Assembly (NCBI GenBank): GCA_001179505.1 | Contig: CDMY01000335.1 | Coordinates: forward strand, 1 to 64,000 | Length of the DNA stretch: 64,000 nucleotides | Source: Vitrella brassicaformis CCMP3155 | Lineage: Eukaryota > Protista > Chromerida | Direction: 5' to 3' | Part shown: positions 61,501-64,000 of the stretch, in pieces | Layout of the letters: each line of letters opens with the position of its first letter | Position numbering within the stretch: position 1 is the stretch's first letter | The notes under the pieces: generated by a model | The model's input: only the letters and a program-made list of their open reading frames with translations | What the model was told of the DNA's origin: nothing | The model's database searches: none | Position numbers and translations under genes: made by a program

Positions 61501-63931
61501 CGCTGCATGTGCATGTGCATTGCAGTGACACACCACACCAACCCACCACACAACACACCACAGAACGAACGAACATCTCTGCCATGTCTGTCTGCCGAAA
61601 GGTGCAATGCGGTGCGGCGCGGTGCTTACAGTTGTTCGTCGTTCTGTTCGGAGTATCGACAGTTGGGGTCGTCACACACCTCACTGCGCACACACAGACA
61701 GACAGACAGAATGAACAGACGGCTGATAATAGCTCACACACGTACCATCCCTCTGTCTGGCCGTCGTGCCAGTGGACGCCCGAGCTTGGATCCATCAGCT
61801 CCTGCAGCAGACGACTGCACACACGCACCCCACCCCACCGCAACACAACACAACACAAGACAACACATTGTCTGTGCGTGTGGTTTGTGGTGTGCGTGTG
61901 TGTATGTGTATGTGTGTGGCTGACAGCATGTCCTGCCAGATGTCGGTGGCCTGTTTGTAGAGGCGAGTGGCGTCAGTATTCACGCCAATCTGCGTGTCAC
62001 ACAGAGACAGAGAGGCCGTGTGTGTTGGGGATGGATGGCCATGGCCGTTAGTCACCTTGTGGATATCAAACTTGACGCCGTGGTAAGACAGCGTACGAGA
62101 TGAGAACTGGACACACACACACACACACACTACAGGCGTCTCGAAATGTGTGACGTGTGAATGTGGTGGGCCCACAACTGACTGACCAGGCCTTGAGATT
62201 TGAGGTTGATCGTGAGGCACTCCATACCTGACAGACAGACAGACAGAGAGACCCCGACCGACCACATCAAGTCATCTTGCGGTGCGGTGCGGTGTGATTC
62301 AGCCGTCCCTCCCTCACCCACCCACCCGACACGGCATTGTAGCTGATGCGCCTGTGCAGCGTGTTGAAGTCCACAAACGGCGTGTCCGGACCTGTAAGCA
62401 GACGCCCNNNNNNNNNNNNNNNNNNNNNNNNNNNNNNNNNNNNNNNNNNNNNNNNNNNNNNNNNNNNNNNNNNNNNNNNNNNNNNNNNNNNNNNNNNNNN
62501 NNNNNNNNNNNNNNNNNNNNNNNNNNNNNNNNNNNNNNNNNNNNNNNNNNNNNNNNNNNNNNNNNNNNNNNNNNNNNNNNNNNNNNNNNNNNNNNNNNNN
62601 NNNNNNNNNNNNNNNNNNNNNNNNNNNNNNNNNNNNNNNNNNNNNNNNNNNNNNNNNNNNNNNNNNNNNNNNNNNNNNNNNNNNNNNNNNNNNNNNNNNN
62701 NNNNNNNGGGGGGGGGGGGGGGGGGGGCTGCTTCCTTCGCTCCTCTGCCTTGCCTTGCCTTGCCCTGCCCTGCCCTGCTCACCAAAAACGCCCAGGCGCT
62801 CCATATAGCCCACATTTCGCAGTTCCGCAGCCGCGGTTGCCGAGCCGTAGATGACATGGGCCTTCGGACACATCCTCTGTCATGCATAGCCATGGCACAC
62901 ACACACACGTGCTGACAACAAAGCACCTCTCGCCCTCCCTCCCTCCCTCCCTCCTCCCTCCCTCTGTGGGCATGTGTGTGTAGGTGTGTGTGGCTTGCCT
63001 GCAGTGACACGGCGAGTATGGCCGAGAGCGATCCGCCGTTGGGTCTGTTCTCCTCGCTGTTTGGATTGAAGCGGCTGGGCCCACGCTCGAACTCGTTGCC
63101 CGTGGCCTGCTTCTTGAGATCTACACACACACACACACACACACAATGTGCTGCATGGCTTGGCTTGTGTGTCGTGCGGCCTGTGTGTGGCATACGTGGC
63201 GCGATGTTCTTGGCCTGACCAAAGCAGGCAGACAGGCAGACGAAGGACATTCCATTGGAGATGCATCGGCACGTCCAGCCCCTCCCTCAGTGTGTGTGAG
63301 GGACCTACCTTGTGTGACTCGTCGAACACGATGGCGCCCTCGGCTTCCGCGCCGCCCAGCCACTCGTACAACGCACCGAAGCGACACTGCCTGACGTCCA
63401 CACACACACGAACGAACGAACGAACGAACGAACGACCGATGCAATCCAATGCAATTCTGCGCTGCGCGTGGCGTAGTGAGATGTGTGGCCTGTAGATGGT
63501 GGCTTGGCTGGCTGACTGGCTCGCTGAGTTAGTTACTTTGGGTCGGTGAGGACGGTTTCGTCGCCTGCCCTGATGCGCTCGGCGACGCCCTTGTCTTTGG
63601 ACTTGACGAGGTACGGGTAGGAGCAGAACAGCACGCCGTTGCCTGCATCGATTGATCCAGTGAGGTATGTGATGGATGACCACCCACCCACCCACCCACA
63701 CACACACAGAGAGAGAGAGAGAGAATGAGAGAGAGAGAATGAGAGAGCGCACGCTGCGGGTGCAATGCGGGGGTTTTGCATTGCATTGTGTTAACACGCA
63801 TACGCACATTGGTCGTTGCCGAGTTTGCCCTGCAGCATGGGTTTGTTGTCGCGGCCTGTGAAGAAGCCCCACTTGAGCCCGCGCACATCGGCGATCGGCA
63901 GACCCACACGCAGGTCGCCTGTGTCACCACC

Positions 63932-63962
<31 letters not shown>

Positions 63963-64000
63963 TTTCTGGGTGCGGTGCGAGCCTACGGTTGTCCCTTTGC
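54887..64000 (-). CDS. SBNO1: Strawberry notch (SBNO/FORGETTER1-like) helicase-related protein, 5'-partial (continues beyond the window)
   Basis: [10 protein letters not shown]|[21 protein letters not shown]|[63 protein letters not shown]|[14 protein letters not shown]. The far C-terminal exons (54887-56500) are less certain. Confidence 0.9.
62408..62707. other. Assembly gap (300 N) followed by poly-G, inside the SBNO gene
   Basis: N run visible in the sequence. Confidence 1.

Noticed and set aside
1-64000. Most short ORFs in the six-frame track (rich in CVCV, HTHT, SVCL, MDGW)
   Set aside because: They are translations of intronic microsatellites, antisense shadows of real exons, or run through N gaps.
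1-64000. tRNA, rRNA, snRNA genes and autonomous transposase/RT/integrase ORFs
   Set aside because: No T-loop GTTCRA cloverleaf, U-snRNA signature, or RT/DDE/Rep-helicase motif was seen by eye; tRNAscan-SE and Infernal would be needed to exclude them formally.

Overview
This is GC-rich, intron-dense eukaryotic nuclear DNA. The introns are full of (CA)n, (GACA)n, (GGAT)n and (GCAGT)n microsatellites, and there are three 300-N assembly gaps next to poly-G. The style and an ApiAP2-type gene suggest a chromerid/apicomplexan-related alveolate (Vitrella-like); this is inference. About 16 spliced genes can be reconstructed by hand: alpha/beta-hydrolase, small helical protein, mitochondrial carrier, PDK/BCKDK-type kinase, Akr1-like ankyrin-DHYC palmitoyltransferase, bestrophin, family-A DNA polymerase, a secreted coiled-coil/Cys-rich protein, an Inturned-like longin protein, an AP2-domain protein with a putative mitochondrial presequence, CPSF1, an IBTK-like ANK-RCC1 protein, a bacterial-type HD protein, an SLC35F-like transporter, an ER FKBP and a partial Strawberry notch. 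There is also a decayed ICL/PEP-mutase-family pseudogene. Most genes form head-to-head pairs with short spacers that often carry an AACCCT/AACCGC motif. The main unexplained structure is a 2.2-2.4 kb spliced gene cassette present twice in inverted orientation (5071-7243 and 51297-53721). Each copy is broken differently, one exon is unusually divergent, and one copy holds a 51-bp minisatellite. A 92-bp TA-flanked MITE and a 98-nt intergenic hairpin were also found. Exon boundaries and gene ends are manual estimates; no database searches were run.
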